Origin: Antedon mediterranea
Taxonomy: Eukaryota; Animalia; Echinodermata
Assembly: GCF_964355755.1 (NCBI RefSeq)
Contig: NC_092676.1
Location: 3,511,888 to 3,575,887 of the forward strand
Length of the DNA stretch: 64,000 nucleotides
Direction of reading: 5' to 3'
Shown: positions 63,349 to 64,000 of the stretch, piece after piece
How the letters are laid out: each line of letters opens with the position of its first letter
Numbering within the stretch: the first letter of the stretch is position 1
The notes under the pieces: model-generated
What the model was told of the DNA's origin: nothing
What the model saw: the letters and a program-made list of their open reading frames with translations, nothing else
Databases searched by the model: none
Translations under genes and position numbers: made by a program

Positions 63349-63353
63349 TGTGA
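62967..63353 (+). pseudogene. G15: leader + Ig1 only, interrupted by unrelated sequence
   Basis: G12/G13-type Ig1 with 15-bp duplication (GACACTGTTTCTAAA x2); family homology stops at GTAGTGCT, followed by TGA. Confidence 0.75.
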
Positions 63354-64000
63354 GGTAAATTCCCGATTGATCGTAATCAAAACGGTACTGGGTATGGTCT
63401 ACTAGATTTTCTGCTCCCAACCAGTACATCCATTCATAGAAGCCTTAATGAAGTAAGCCTACCTGGTGGTGGCCATAGAACGGTCCCGAGATAACGACTA
63501 TACTTCGGCTTTAGTCGATAGAAGATTGAATAAATTGTTAGATAGAGATAGAGTATACGATGTTATGATTATTATGTGTAGATATGTGATTTGTTCTTTT
63601 TATTCCAATGATGTTATGTATTTAATAAATTTTTTATATCAATTAATTAAACTAGATGGTACGCTCGCTTCGCTCGCGTACCATCTAGGTCGTGCCCACA
63701 GATGGTTCTCGAATACATAGTAATTTCAGCGTTTAAAAAACTGGCGACTTCAAATGCACATGCAGGACAATAATACATGTTGTTTACAGAAACGAATAAA
63801 TAGACACTGTGATTTATGTACTCAACTAAAATTAGCACCCCGGGAATTACTTCCGAAAAAGAAACTTGTCACAAAATAAGAAACAAACTGAATTTGTGTT
63901 TTGTATGTAACATTTGGGTTGAGGGATGGGGAAGAGGATGGATGCAAAGACGAACAATTTTTAAATATATTCTTTATCGATTTAGTAACGAAATATGAAT
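63349..64000. mobile_element. Probable insertion interrupting G15 (possible LTR start TGTGAGG; contains a hairpin element)
   Basis: Abrupt loss of family homology at a TGT; 13-bp perfect inverted repeat CTAGATGGTACGC/GCGTACCATCTAG at 63653-63689; other end not in window. Confidence 0.35.

Noticed and set aside
6200-63353. V(D)J-like rearranging locus or alternative-exon (Dscam/protocadherin-type) splicing
   Set aside because: Each unit has its own leader, TM and tail; I saw no recombination signal sequences or shared constant exons, and no consistent splice sites at domain borders.

Overview
AT-rich invertebrate (metazoan) genomic DNA; TAGGCCTA enrichment and the repeat types are compatible with an echinoderm or other deuterostome, but taxon is not established. 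The whole window is a head-to-tail (+ strand) tandem array of INTRONLESS type-I membrane immunoglobulin-superfamily receptor genes. Each gene encodes a signal peptide, a V/I-type Ig domain, a 4-Cys C2-type domain, a second C2/I-type domain, a Ser/Thr stalk, a TM helix and a Tyr-motif-rich tail. I label the copies G1-G15. Five are intact and full length (G4, G5, G8, G9, G10), G1 is cut by the window edge, eight are disrupted (G2, G3, G6, G7, G11, G12, G13, G15) and G14 plus several smaller relics are fragments. N-terminal domains are diversified, while at least four tail classes (acidic YDYV/YDxP/YEN type, tandem-ITIM type, two shorter types) are shuffled onto different ectodomains by segmental duplication and recombination. 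This looks like a candidate paired immune or allorecognition receptor cluster under birth-and-death evolution. Interspersed are a Harbinger element, a Kolobok-like MITE, a tRNA-derived SINE, a pogo relic, Helentron-like elements and CR1/L2-type LINE fragments; several are confirmed by empty paralogous sites inside the window. No database search was possible, so novelty is unverified.
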